IMG/VR virus record: IMGVR_UViG_3300045285_000049
Span: 1 to 40,712 of that record
From: a virus
Lineage: Duplodnaviria; Caudoviricetes
Length of the DNA stretch: 40,712 nt
Strand: one strand, 5' to 3'
In this document: piece by piece, positions 15,006 to 24,040 of the stretch
Position numbering within the stretch: the stretch's first letter is position 1
Layout: the number at the start of each line of letters is the position of its first letter
Translations under genes and position numbers: made by a program
The notes under the pieces: model-generated
Seen by the model: only the letters and a program-made list of their open reading frames with translations
Database searches by the model: none
What the model was told of the DNA's origin: nothing

Positions 15006-17737
15006 GCGGCATGATGCCACCACCGCCCGGTGCTCCGCCGCCAATGCCGCCAGGTAGCCTGCTTGGCCAGTCGGCGCAGTCGTTCGGGCCACCGCCGATG
15101 CCGCAGATCCCCGGACTGGTGCCACAGGGCATGCGCCCCGCCGGCATGCAGCTCGGCGCCGAGCAGGTGCTGGCCTATCTGCTGCCGCCCAAGGACACCG
15201 AGGCGGACACCGACACTGACGACCAATTACCGGCCCAGCTTCGCAAGTATGCGGCAGGGTTGCGGCCTGCCGCCAAGCCCGATGGGGCATCCTGGCAGCA
15301 GGAGATCATCTTTGAACGCCTCGGCAAGACGGACGAGGAGATTACCTCAGTTGCGCGGTATTACTTCAAGATCGCGCAGAACTACGACCAATACTTAAGC
15401 CGCGAGCGTATTACTGCGAGCCAATACTATGCCGGCCGGCCGTTCGGTGATGAGGCCACGGGCCGGTCCCAAATTGTCCTCACGGTCGTCAGGGACACCA
15501 TCCGGCAGACACTGCCAAGTCTGCTGCGGCTGTTCACGGCGGTGGAAGATCCGGTATCGTTCGAGCCGATCAGCAGCGAGATCACCGGCAACGACCAGCT
15601 TGCCACCACGCTGGCGCGGCAGGCGACGGATTACTGCCGCTGGGCGCTGTTCACCGCGAACAAGGGGTGGACGGTGCTGCATGACGCGCTACTCGATGCG
15701 CTGACCCGCAAGGCCGGTTGGGTGCGCTGGTACTGGGGCAAGCGGCAGCAGATCCGCACCGAGGTGTGCGAGGGGTTGCTGCTGCCGCAGTTGCAGATGC
15801 TGCTCGCCGAACCTGGCATCGAGGCGCAGCGCATCGTGCGCCGGCCGATGCTGCAGCGCGAGCAGGAGGCGTTGGCCAAGACACCGGACGGGCAGATGTA
15901 TCTCTCGCAGGGCGCCCCGGCGGAATACTGGTCGGCGACTATCACCCGCAGCGCCCAACAATCGTGGCCGGTGATCGAGGCGGTGGCGGCGGAGTGCGTC
16001 TGGGTAGTCGCTGACGCCGCCACCGTTGAGGGCGCGCGCGCGGTGTTCCATGTGCGGGATGTCGCGGCCTCCGACCTGATCGAGATGGGGCTGCCCGAGG
16101 ACAAGGTGCTGGCGCACCGCGATTCGATGATGCGAACCCGGCAGCGCCAGGAGATCATCGCGCGGGACTATGCGCAGGGTTACAACATCAAAGGCGCGCC
16201 ACCCAACGACAGATCCATGGGTATCGTGCGCTACGCCGAGGGTTGGATCAGGTGCGACACCGACGGCGACAACCGCGCCGAGCTGATCCATGTGCATATG
16301 CTGGGCGATGCCTCGACGCTGGTGCAGTGGGAGCGCTGCGACGAGATCCCGTTGGCGTGCTTCACGCCCTACCGGGAGCCGGGACGGATCATCGGCAGCA
16401 GCCAGGCCGATATGGTCATGGACCTGCAGCGGGTGGAATCCCGCGTGATGCGTGCGGTGCTGGACTCGCTGGGTCAGGCGATGTTCCCGCGCACGGCTGT
16501 CGTCATTGGGCAAGCGAATTTAGCGGACGTACGCCAGACGGCGATCGGCAGCATAATTCGGGTGGCCCAGCAGGGCGCGGTGGCGGAACTGGTGAAGCCG
16601 TTCGCCGGTAAGGAAGCGCTGCCGGTCATGGACGTGCTGGAGGCCATCAGGGAAAGCCGCACCGGCATCACCAGAGCCAGCGCCGGGCTGACGGTGGACG
16701 AGTTGCAGTCCACCTCGCCGGTGGCGGTGAGCCAGCAGAGCAGCGCCGCGCAGGACCGCCTGGACATGGTGGCGCGCACGCTCGCCGAGACCGGCCTGGC
16801 ACCGCTCTATGCCGGCATTCTGCGCATGATGGCGCGTCAGCAGGACCGGCCGAACGTGGTGCGTATCCGGGGCGAGTGGATCTCCATCGACCCGCGGGCG
16901 CTCGCGACGATGTGGGAGACCTCCATCAACGTCGGCGGCAAGGGCATGCCGCATGAGCGGCTGGCGATGCTGCAGGCGATTGCCCAGAAGCAGGAACAGA
17001 TCATGCAGGTGGGCGGGATGGACAACCCGCTGTCCGGCATTCCCGAGTATCGCAACACGCTCGCGCGCATGCTGGAGACGGTGAGCATCTCGGACGTGAG
17101 CAGCTACTTCAAGGCGCTGCCGCCGGGATTCAAGCCGCCGCCGGCACCGCAGCAGCCGAATACGGACATGCTGCTGGCGCAGGTGCAGCAATCCAAGACT
17201 GCAGCCGATATCGAGGGCGACCGCGCGAAGCAACAGACCGACCGCGCGCGGCTGCTCATGGAGGACGACCGCGAGCGTGACAAGGCGGCGCTCGATGCTT
17301 GGTCCAAGACCTGGGTTGCCGCTGCGCAGTTCGGCACGCCAGCGCCGAGCTATGACGAGTTCAAGCAGGCGATGCAGAGCAAGGTGCCGGCCGTTGGGCT
17401 GCTGTCCAGCACGCCCAGCCCGATGTCGCCGCAGCCGCCGGCCGTGGGAGCGCCGCCACCACAGCCGCAGGGCCCGCCCAGGCCGCCGCAGCCGATGATG
17501 CCGCCGCCGGGCGGTGGGATGGCGCCACCGCCGCAGCCACGGCCGTCCGGACCGCCTGGGGGTGGGATGGACCCTGCCACGCAGGCGGCGATCAAGAGCG
17601 CGCTGATCGGCGGGCGTGGGCCACCGGGTGCGTATGGATTGCTGACGCAGCGTGCGGCGATGTCGCCGCTGATGGGACCTGGTGGGCCGCCGCTGCCAGG
17701 ACCGCCGCAGGGCGCGGCAGCCAACGCAGGAGGATAG
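15002..17737 (+). CDS. Portal protein with Pro-rich termini
   Basis: YYAGRPFGDEATGRSQIV...LPSLLRLF...EP...ARQATDY; position after terL. Confidence 0.9.
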   Translation: MSGMMPPPPGAPPPMPPGSLLGQSAQSFGPPPMPQIPGLVPQGMRPAGMQLGAEQVLAYLLPPKDTEADTDTDDQLPAQLRKYAAGLRPAAKPDGASWQQEIIFERLGKTDEEITSVARYYFKIAQNYDQYLSRERITASQYYAGRPFGDEATGRSQIVLTVVRDTIRQTLPSLLRLFTAVEDPVSFEPISSEITGNDQLATTLARQATDYCRWALFTANKGWTVLHDALLDALTRKAGWVRWYWGKRQQIRTEVCEGLLLPQLQMLLAEPGIEAQRIVRRPMLQREQEALAKTPDGQMYLSQGAPAEYWSATITRSAQQSWPVIEAVAAECVWVVADAATVEGARAVFHVRDVAASDLIEMGLPEDKVLAHRDSMMRTRQRQEIIARDYAQGYNIKGAPPNDRSMGIVRYAEGWIRCDTDGDNRAELIHVHMLGDASTLVQWERCDEIPLACFTPYREPGRIIGSSQADMVMDLQRVESRVMRAVLDSLGQAMFPRTAVVIGQANLADVRQTAIGSIIRVAQQGAVAELVKPFAGKEALPVMDVLEAIRESRTGITRASAGLTVDELQSTSPVAVSQQSSAAQDRLDMVARTLAETGLAPLYAGILRMMARQQDRPNVVRIRGEWISIDPRALATMWETSINVGGKGMPHERLAMLQAIAQKQEQIMQVGGMDNPLSGIPEYRNTLARMLETVSISDVSSYFKALPPGFKPPPAPQQPNTDMLLAQVQQSKTAADIEGDRAKQQTDRARLLMEDDRERDKAALDAWSKTWVAAAQFGTPAPSYDEFKQAMQSKVPAVGLLSSTPSPMSPQPPAVGAPPPQPQGPPRPPQPMMPPPGGGMAPPPQPRPSGPPGGGMDPATQAAIKSALIGGRGPPGAYGLLTQRAAMSPLMGPGGPPLPGPPQGAAANAGG

Positions 17738-17742
17738 GAACG

Positions 17743-17961
17743 ATGGCACGCAAACCGCAGACGAGGCCGCCAAGCTGGACTCCGGGAGCGACTCCAACCA
17801 AGAGTACGCCGGCAACCGGAAAGACAACCGGGCCTGCCGCCACGGCGATGTTCAATGCCATGCAGCGCGCGCCCAAGAAGACAACAGGGCCGGCGGCCAA
17901 TGCCATGTTCAACGCAATGCAGCGGACGGTAAAGCCGGCTGCGAAGGGCAAGAAGCGCTAG
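17743..17961 (+). CDS. Small basic protein with internal duplication
   Basis: KTTGPAAxAMFNAMQR twice; AGGA RBS. Confidence 0.6.
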   Translation: MARKPQTRPPSWTPGATPTKSTPATGKTTGPAATAMFNAMQRAPKKTTGPAANAMFNAMQRTVKPAAKGKKR

Positions 17962-17967
17962 CGTGAC

Positions 17968-18228
17968 ATGCCGCAACTGACCACCGACCAGATCATCGCC
18001 GCCGAGGGCGCCAAGCGGCTGCTGTCGGACAAGATCTTCAACGACGTGCTCAACACGCTGATCGAGGACGCCACGACGAAGGCGATCATCGCCGATGACG
18101 CGGTGCAGCGCGAGGCCAACCGGCAGATGGTGCTGGCGCTGGGGCGGTTCCGCGGCGCGCTGGAGGCGGCGGTGGATTACGTCGATGCGGCGCGCGACGA
18201 AGCCGAGCGCGTCAAGGCGTTTGAATAG
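17968..18228 (+). CDS. Small head-module protein
   Basis: Helical 86 aa ORF between portal and scaffold. Confidence 0.7.
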   Translation: MPQLTTDQIIAAEGAKRLLSDKIFNDVLNTLIEDATTKAIIADDAVQREANRQMVLALGRFRGALEAAVDYVDAARDEAERVKAFE

Positions 18229-18235
18229 GTGACCC

Positions 18236-19297
18236 ATGAGTGAATCTACCTCCGCACCCGCCGCACCGGCTGAAGGTGGCGGCGAAAGCTCTCCGCCGCC
18301 GGCATCGCAGCCCGCTATCTCCGTCTCCGAGGCCGCTCGGCTGCTCAGTCAGCAGCGTCGCCAACAGGGCGCACCAGAGTCCACAGCACCCGAGCGCAGG
18401 CCAGCGCCCAACGACGCCATTGCAGGCGCTCAGAAGCCTGCTGAGGCACCCAAGGCACCTGACGCGGCACCCAAGGCCGAGACCGGTCTCAGTGCCATGG
18501 AGCGTGCCCTGGGCGTGCCTGGTGGCGCACCACCGGAAGGCGCACCGGCGGCGCCGACGATCGATGGCACAGCCGTCGAGATCGAGGGTCAGCGCTACAC
18601 CACGCAGCAACTGCGCGAGGCGGTGCTGAAGTCGGCGGACTACACCGCCAAGACCCAGGAGATCGCCCAGCAACGGCGGGCGCTGGCTGCGCAGCAGGAG
18701 GCCCTGGCCACCGTGCTGCCGTATATCCAGCCGGAACTGCAGCGACTTGCTCAGACGGTGCAGGGCGTGGCGCGGCCTGACGTGGCGCTGCTGCAGTCTG
18801 ACCCGCAACGCTACCTGCAGGAACTGGCGCAATACGAGGCGTCGCGCGAGGAACAGGGGCGCCTCGGCAATCTCACGGCGCTGCAGCAGCAGGCGCACGA
18901 GAGAGCCATGGCGCAGCAGGTGGCAGCGGCCAATGAGCAACTGGCCAAGGAGTTCCCTTTCTGGAGCGACCCGACCGAGCGGGCGCAGGCGCAGCGGCAG
19001 ATCGTGGAATGGGCCACCACCAAGGGCGGCTTCACGCAGGACGAGTTGCGCGGTCTGACCAGCGCTCACCATTTACGCACCATGATGAAAGCGGCGATGT
19101 TCGATCGCTGGGTGGAGGGCGCCAAGACCGCAGCACCGGCCACACGGCTACAGGCGCCAGTGCGGGGCGCACCGCCGCCGCCGGCACCCACCGAGCGCGT
19201 TCAGGTCGCTGAACAGGCGTTCGATGCCAAGGCCAACGTCAGGAATGCAGCGGCTTTGTTGGCAGCCCGCCGCGCCAATGGTGCGATGCCGCGTTGA
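18236..19297 (+). CDS. Capsid scaffolding protein
   Basis: Disordered N-terminus, VEIEGQ...DYTAKTQEIAQQRR, coiled coil; upstream of capsid. Confidence 0.85.
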   Translation: MSESTSAPAAPAEGGGESSPPPASQPAISVSEAARLLSQQRRQQGAPESTAPERRPAPNDAIAGAQKPAEAPKAPDAAPKAETGLSAMERALGVPGGAPPEGAPAAPTIDGTAVEIEGQRYTTQQLREAVLKSADYTAKTQEIAQQRRALAAQQEALATVLPYIQPELQRLAQTVQGVARPDVALLQSDPQRYLQELAQYEASREEQGRLGNLTALQQQAHERAMAQQVAAANEQLAKEFPFWSDPTERAQAQRQIVEWATTKGGFTQDELRGLTSAHHLRTMMKAAMFDRWVEGAKTAAPATRLQAPVRGAPPPPAPTERVQVAEQAFDAKANVRNAAALLAARRANGAMPR

Positions 19298-19341
19298 CGA
19301 CCGCCAAATGTACTAAACGCTAGCAGAACGGTGTGATGGTG

Positions 19342-19350
19342 TGATATAAT
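19342..19350 (+). promoter_or_regulatory. Extended -10 promoter (TGnTATAAT) for a near-leaderless HNH transcript
   Basis: TGATATAAT ends 9 nt before ATG 19360; no SD. Confidence 0.5.
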
Positions 19351-19359
19351 CTAGCGATT

Positions 19360-20169
19360 ATGGCATCACCGACACTGATTTCCAGACAGGAAGCCCATGC
19401 ACTCGGCTTAAAGCGATGGTTCAACGGCGTTCCGTGCAAGCGTGGCCATGTGACCGAGAGGTGGGTTAATCCGAATTGCTGCTGCGAATGTATGAGGCTC
19501 AGGAATCTAGCCTACAGTCGCGCAAACCCGGAATATTTTAAGGCACAGTCCACTCGATGGGCGAAAGCCAACCCGGAGAAGGTGAAAGCCAAGCAAGAGC
19601 GTTATGTAAAGAGGAATGCGGAGAAGATCGCTGAGAAGGCCCGAAGGGCAGCCTTAAGGCAGCATCACGAAAAGTACCAGACGGACCCGGCGTATCGTGC
19701 TCGCAAGAATGCCGCGACAAAGCGATGGGCGGAGCAGAACTATGAGCGAAACAAGGCGCATAAGCGCGCTTGGGCCGAGCGTAATCGACAAACCGAACGG
19801 GAAAAGGCACTAGAACGCCGTTTGGCTGATCCAGATAAGGCGAAGGCTGACCGGGCTGCAAACAAGACAATGCGCAAGGCTGCTATAGGGCGGTTCACGG
19901 CCGAAGATGTTCAGGCGCTGCTGGAGCAACAGAGCTACCGTTGCGCTGCACCACACTGTCGCGTTGATGTGTTGCATGATTTCCACTGCGATCATATCCA
20001 ACCGCTCAGTCGTGGTGGCACTAATTCGTCAGACAACATCCAAATCCTCTGTCCGACGTGCAATTTGACCAAGAACGACCGAACAATGGAAGAATGGCGA
20101 GTCGCTCGTGAGGCGCAGCAATCTCGCGATGCAAGTGTTCGCCCATATCGTATTGACGGGCGCGGTTAG
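19360..20169 (+). CDS. HNH endonuclease
   Basis: FNGVPCKRGH N-terminus; CAAPHC...HCDHIQPLSRGGTN...NIQILCPTCNLTK. Confidence 0.9.
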   Translation: MASPTLISRQEAHALGLKRWFNGVPCKRGHVTERWVNPNCCCECMRLRNLAYSRANPEYFKAQSTRWAKANPEKVKAKQERYVKRNAEKIAEKARRAALRQHHEKYQTDPAYRARKNAATKRWAEQNYERNKAHKRAWAERNRQTEREKALERRLADPDKAKADRAANKTMRKAAIGRFTAEDVQALLEQQSYRCAAPHCRVDVLHDFHCDHIQPLSRGGTNSSDNIQILCPTCNLTKNDRTMEEWRVAREAQQSRDASVRPYRIDGRG

Positions 20170-20190
20170 TGACGCCATACTGACTTTTGA

Positions 20191-20370
20191 TACGTCGCGG
20201 AGTGCTCGCACCAACCGTTGCGTATGACGTGCCGTCGCGAATGCTGACCGCATCAGCCCCTGAGAGTGCTTGCACCAACTCAGAGTGAGCTGCCGGACTT
20301 CATTGCGAACCAAACCCAATGGTTCAACCGCATGAGGCGCGTGAATATGCGCGCCCATGCTGCAATGGAG
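20191..20370 (+). ncRNA. Candidate structured 5' leader of the capsid gene
   Basis: Two copies of a hairpin motif plus a three-way junction pairing the GGAG SD. Confidence 0.6.
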
Positions 20371-20377
20371 ACTCGCT

Positions 20378-21361
20378 ATGGCGGTCGGCGCACAGGGTGC
20401 AGCACCAGCCGGAACCTATATCGAAACCGCAGCGATCGGTGTCAAGGAGGATTTGCGGGATATCATAGAAAGAATAGACCCGGACGAGACCCCACTATAC
20501 TCGGCACTGCCCTCGGTGGACGCCCAGCAGGTGCTCACCGAATTTCTGGTGCAGGAACTCAATCAAGCCGCCGACAATGCCCAGCCGGAAGGTTTCACTG
20601 CGGTTATGCAGGTGGTGGTCAAGCCGGTGCGTTTGAATAACGTATGCCAGATCCTGGCACGTACGGTCGGCGTATCGAATACCCTGCGCGCGGCCGACAT
20701 GGCAGGCGGCGAGGACGAGTACAACCGGCAACTCATCCTGCGTGGCATGGAGGTCAAGCGCGACCTGGAACTGGCGATCACCTCGCCGCTGGTGCGCACC
20801 ATCACCGACCCGCGCCATATGTCCGGGTTGCCATGCTACACGGTCAACGGCTCACGCGGTGCCGGCGCTGGTGTGATGCCCATCGGCGACGGCTCCAACG
20901 CCGGCACCGCCGGCACCCTGCGCGATCTCACGCTGGCGATGGTCGATAGCGCGATGCAGCAATGCTGGCAGGCCGGCGGCAAGCCCACACTGGGCATCAT
21001 GTCGGGCAACGTCAAAGCCTACTTCGCCACGCTGTCGCAGGGCGGGACCGGGAACGCCGTGGTGGCGCAGAACATCCAGAACGTCACGGCCTCCGAGCAG
21101 GTGACGATCCAGGGCGCGGTGGACGTGTATCGCACCAACTTCGGTGCCATCCAACTCGCCCCCGACCGCTTCATGCCGGCGCACCAGATCATCCTGGTCA
21201 GCACCGACTACGCCGAGATGGCGCCACTGTCGGGTCGGTCGTTCGTGGACCAAACGTACGCGACTACTGGCGATAATACGCAAGGCGGCGTGGTTTACGA
21301 AGGTTGCATAAGGCCAACGGCCCCCAAGGCCCATGCCACCATATTCGACCTCAATCAGTGA
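20378..21361 (+). CDS. Major capsid protein (DUF5309/SU10-like)
   Basis: KEDLRDIIERIDPDETP...NNVCQI...EVKRDLE. Confidence 0.9.
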   Translation: MAVGAQGAAPAGTYIETAAIGVKEDLRDIIERIDPDETPLYSALPSVDAQQVLTEFLVQELNQAADNAQPEGFTAVMQVVVKPVRLNNVCQILARTVGVSNTLRAADMAGGEDEYNRQLILRGMEVKRDLELAITSPLVRTITDPRHMSGLPCYTVNGSRGAGAGVMPIGDGSNAGTAGTLRDLTLAMVDSAMQQCWQAGGKPTLGIMSGNVKAYFATLSQGGTGNAVVAQNIQNVTASEQVTIQGAVDVYRTNFGAIQLAPDRFMPAHQIILVSTDYAEMAPLSGRSFVDQTYATTGDNTQGGVVYEGCIRPTAPKAHATIFDLNQ

Positions 21362-21371
21362 CGGCACGGCG

Positions 21372-21689
21372 ATGCCGCTGCTCTATGAGAACTACGACCC
21401 GGTAACGCTGCGTGCCACCGAGGTCGATACCGACGCTGAGGCCGGGTTGGTGTTCACCCACTCGCAGAATACCCGGCCGATTGTCGAGAGCGCCAAGCGG
21501 ATCGCGGCATCGGCCGACCCGTCTGCGGCATGGCGCCGCAACGGCTGGGTTCATGTTGCCCGTGTCCCCCAGGTCGTTTGGCAGCGCTGGGAGCGCATGG
21601 GGATCACCAAAGACCCAAAGGCGCTGGACGCGATGCTCAACAGCCGTGAGTGCCGATTGTTCCGAACAGATGACGGAAGGAAACTCTGA
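21372..21689 (+). CDS. Conserved phage protein downstream of capsid
   Basis: SQNTRPIVE...HVARVP...LNSRECRLFRT. Confidence 0.7.
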   Translation: MPLLYENYDPVTLRATEVDTDAEAGLVFTHSQNTRPIVESAKRIAASADPSAAWRRNGWVHVARVPQVVWQRWERMGITKDPKALDAMLNSRECRLFRTDDGRKL

Positions 21690-22021
21690 TGGCCCTTGCA
21701 ACCCACGAGAACCACGCTGACGCGCCTCGGCAGCGTCCGTCCCCCGGTGTCGGCATGCAGGGCAAGGCGCCCGTGACAGGCTCCGTCGAGGCGGCAAAGC
21801 CGGTGCTGATCGAGGACATCGATCCCATCCTGCTGGTGCGCCTCTATCCCGAAGCCACCTCGGCTGGAGACATGCGCAGTTGCGCGCTCGCCGCCGGGAA
21901 TGCCACCTACGAGGCCGGCCAGACGCTGGTTGCTTCGCAGCAGGAGCCGGTGCTGGGGGCCGGCGAAACCCCGACGCCAACACCCACGCCGACGCCGCAT
22001 CCGCAGCAGCGCCGGGACTAG
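21689..22021 (+). CDS. Hypothetical protein
   Basis: Coupled ORF with a PT-repeat tail. Confidence 0.6.
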   Translation: MALATHENHADAPRQRPSPGVGMQGKAPVTGSVEAAKPVLIEDIDPILLVRLYPEATSAGDMRSCALAAGNATYEAGQTLVASQQEPVLGAGETPTPTPTPTPHPQQRRD

Positions 22022-22027
22022 CCAGCG

Positions 22028-22693
22028 GTGGCGAGCCTGCAGCAGTTGAGCGATGACGTTGTCGGCTGGTTGAACCGACGCGATATCGTTGATCGCATTC
22101 CCGGCTGGGTGACCATGGTCGAGACCGAGATGGCCGAGACCCTGCGCGCCCGCTGCATGGTGGTGACCGTCACCCAGCCGATCGACAATGCGTATATCTC
22201 GATGCCGCCGGATTTCGCGACCATGGAGAGTATCCGCGACGCGACATCCGGCGAGCTGTTCGAGATGAAAGACGAGTGGTCGGGGCACTGGACCGGCGCG
22301 CAGACCAGTGCGTGGCAGGGCGCGGTGGGTAGCATTCTCGGCCAGCCCTGTACCGCATACCGGCTGGTGCATGACTGCATCGAGTGGTTGCCACATCCCA
22401 TCATTCCAGATCCGCCAGACCCAAACTGGAAACCGCAGATGGTGATGATGGGCTACTACGCCCGCCCCAAGCCGCTGCTGCTGCCATCCGATACCAACCC
22501 AATCCTGGAGCAGATTTACGCTGCCTACCTCTACGGCGTTTGCAAGCAAGGCGCGCTATTCGAGTTGGACGACGATCGCTCGCAGCAGATGGACGGGTTG
22601 TGGCAGCAGGTCATCACCCGCGCCAATCTTTGGAAGCAACAATCGGACTACAGCGGCGCGCCATTCCGCAGCGAGTTGGCGACGGTGTTCTGA
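22028..22693 (+). CDS. Head-tail adaptor (tail tubular A-like)
   Basis: WLNRRD...IPGWVTMVETE...LR...YYARP...TNPIL...YLYG. Confidence 0.8.
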   Translation: MASLQQLSDDVVGWLNRRDIVDRIPGWVTMVETEMAETLRARCMVVTVTQPIDNAYISMPPDFATMESIRDATSGELFEMKDEWSGHWTGAQTSAWQGAVGSILGQPCTAYRLVHDCIEWLPHPIIPDPPDPNWKPQMVMMGYYARPKPLLLPSDTNPILEQIYAAYLYGVCKQGALFELDDDRSQQMDGLWQQVITRANLWKQQSDYSGAPFRSELATVF

Positions 22694-23850
22694 TGGTGCT
22701 GGTGCTCACCAGATCGACCAAGCAGGCGGCGCGCTACATACCGGGCGGTGGCGCCGAGCGCTGTAGCCAGTGCCGGTTCTTTTACCCGCAGGGCACCTGT
22801 GGGCGCATCATCGGCCCGGTGTCGCCGCGTGGCTGGTGCAAATACTACTCGCTGGAAGTGGTGCAGCGATCCCAGCCTGGCAGCACGCTCAACAGCAGCA
22901 CGCCTCCCTCGCTGGACTTGGATTTCTCCACCGGCACGTTGGACCCGCGCATTACGTTCACCCGCGCCAGCACAGCGACGTATTTCGACGTGGCCGGCAC
23001 GCTGCAGACAGCGGTCACCAACGCCCCGCGCTTCGACTATAATCCGGTGACGCACGCGGCTCGCGGGTTGCTGGTCGAGGAGGCGCGGACCAACCTCGTG
23101 CTGAACAGCGCGACGCTGGTAACCCAGAGCGTGGCTGTGACGGCACAGGCCTATACGCTGTCGTTCTATGGCACAGGTACCGTCACGCTGAGTGGCGCGT
23201 CTACAGCCGGACCATTGGTTGGTGCTGGCGCATTTCCGGCACGCACCACGCCGCTGACATTCACGCCAACCGCCGGCACGCTGACGCTGACGGTCACCGG
23301 GTCAGTGCTCAATGCCCAGCTTGAGGCGGGTGCGTTCGCTACGACCTACATTCCCACCACCGCTGCTGCCGCGACGCGGGCGATAGAGTCGGCGACGATG
23401 CCGACTGCGGCCTGGTATAATACCAACGCGTTTACCTATGTGCTGGACGGCACAATGATCGGGGTTAACGCGTTCAATCAGCAACTCGTGTCTTTCAGTG
23501 TGGGCGGAAGCGCCAACGACCGGACCAACATATTCCTTCAGCCTAACGGACAGCCAACCTTAACCACCATCGTTGGTGGAGCCGCGCAGGTTAACGCCAT
23601 GGGCAATGGCGGCTTGTTAGCCGCCGGGACTTTCTTCCGGGCGGGCGCATCGGTTTCGACTGGCCTGAACGCTTTCAGTGTTAACGGCGCTGTGGCATCG
23701 ACAGTAACATCGATCGGCGGCCTCATGCCGGCGTCCAATATCCTGCGTTTGGCCGGGTTAAGTGCCACGAACTCAGACCTGGCAGTCAGCAGGTTGCGTG
23801 TCTGGCCCATCGCACTATCCGCCGCACAGCTACAGGCGATCACTCAATGA
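22693..23850 (+). CDS. Head spike/fibre-like protein with N-terminal HiPIP-like domain and probable LamG-like C-terminus
   Basis: CSQCRFF...C...GWCKYY; then LDLDF...ITFTRASTATY...PRFDY...GLLVEEARTN...QLEAGAFATTYIPT. Confidence 0.75.
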   Translation: MVLVLTRSTKQAARYIPGGGAERCSQCRFFYPQGTCGRIIGPVSPRGWCKYYSLEVVQRSQPGSTLNSSTPPSLDLDFSTGTLDPRITFTRASTATYFDVAGTLQTAVTNAPRFDYNPVTHAARGLLVEEARTNLVLNSATLVTQSVAVTAQAYTLSFYGTGTVTLSGASTAGPLVGAGAFPARTTPLTFTPTAGTLTLTVTGSVLNAQLEAGAFATTYIPTTAAAATRAIESATMPTAAWYNTNAFTYVLDGTMIGVNAFNQQLVSFSVGGSANDRTNIFLQPNGQPTLTTIVGGAAQVNAMGNGGLLAAGTFFRAGASVSTGLNAFSVNGAVASTVTSIGGLMPASNILRLAGLSATNSDLAVSRLRVWPIALSAAQLQAITQ

Positions 23851-23855
23851 GTGCA

Positions 23856-24017
23856 TTATGGCTCGGACATATACTGGTGGAACGGTCGCAGCACCGCTTC
23901 CTCGCGGTCCATGCGCTCGGCGAACGCGCGGGTGAAGATCGCCAGCAGATTGCGCTGCCGCTCATCGCACTGCTCCAGCAGCGCGAGAACGGCGGATCTG
24001 AGTTCTTCATCGGTCAT
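23856..24017 (-). CDS. Small counter-oriented hypothetical protein
   Basis: MTDEELRSAVLALLEQCDERQRNLL...; fills the gap between two structural genes. Confidence 0.45.
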   Translation of the reverse strand: MTDEELRSAVLALLEQCDERQRNLLAIFTRAFAERMDREEAVLRPFHQYMSEP

Positions 24018-24040
24018 GTCTGTTCTCGGTCGGTGTTCTG

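Noticed and set aside
16520-17827. 435-aa minus-strand ORF and similar long antisense ORFs (e.g. 21551-22549, 32888-33802)
   Set aside because: Shadow frames of high-GC structural genes; Arg/His-rich with no motifs or RBS.
20298-20370. tRNA gene
   Set aside because: Three-way junction without T-loop or D-loop consensus or a CCA end.
19298-20377. Group I intron carrying the HNH gene
   Set aside because: Scaffold and capsid ORFs are each intact and I see no intron core motifs; the HNH looks free-standing.
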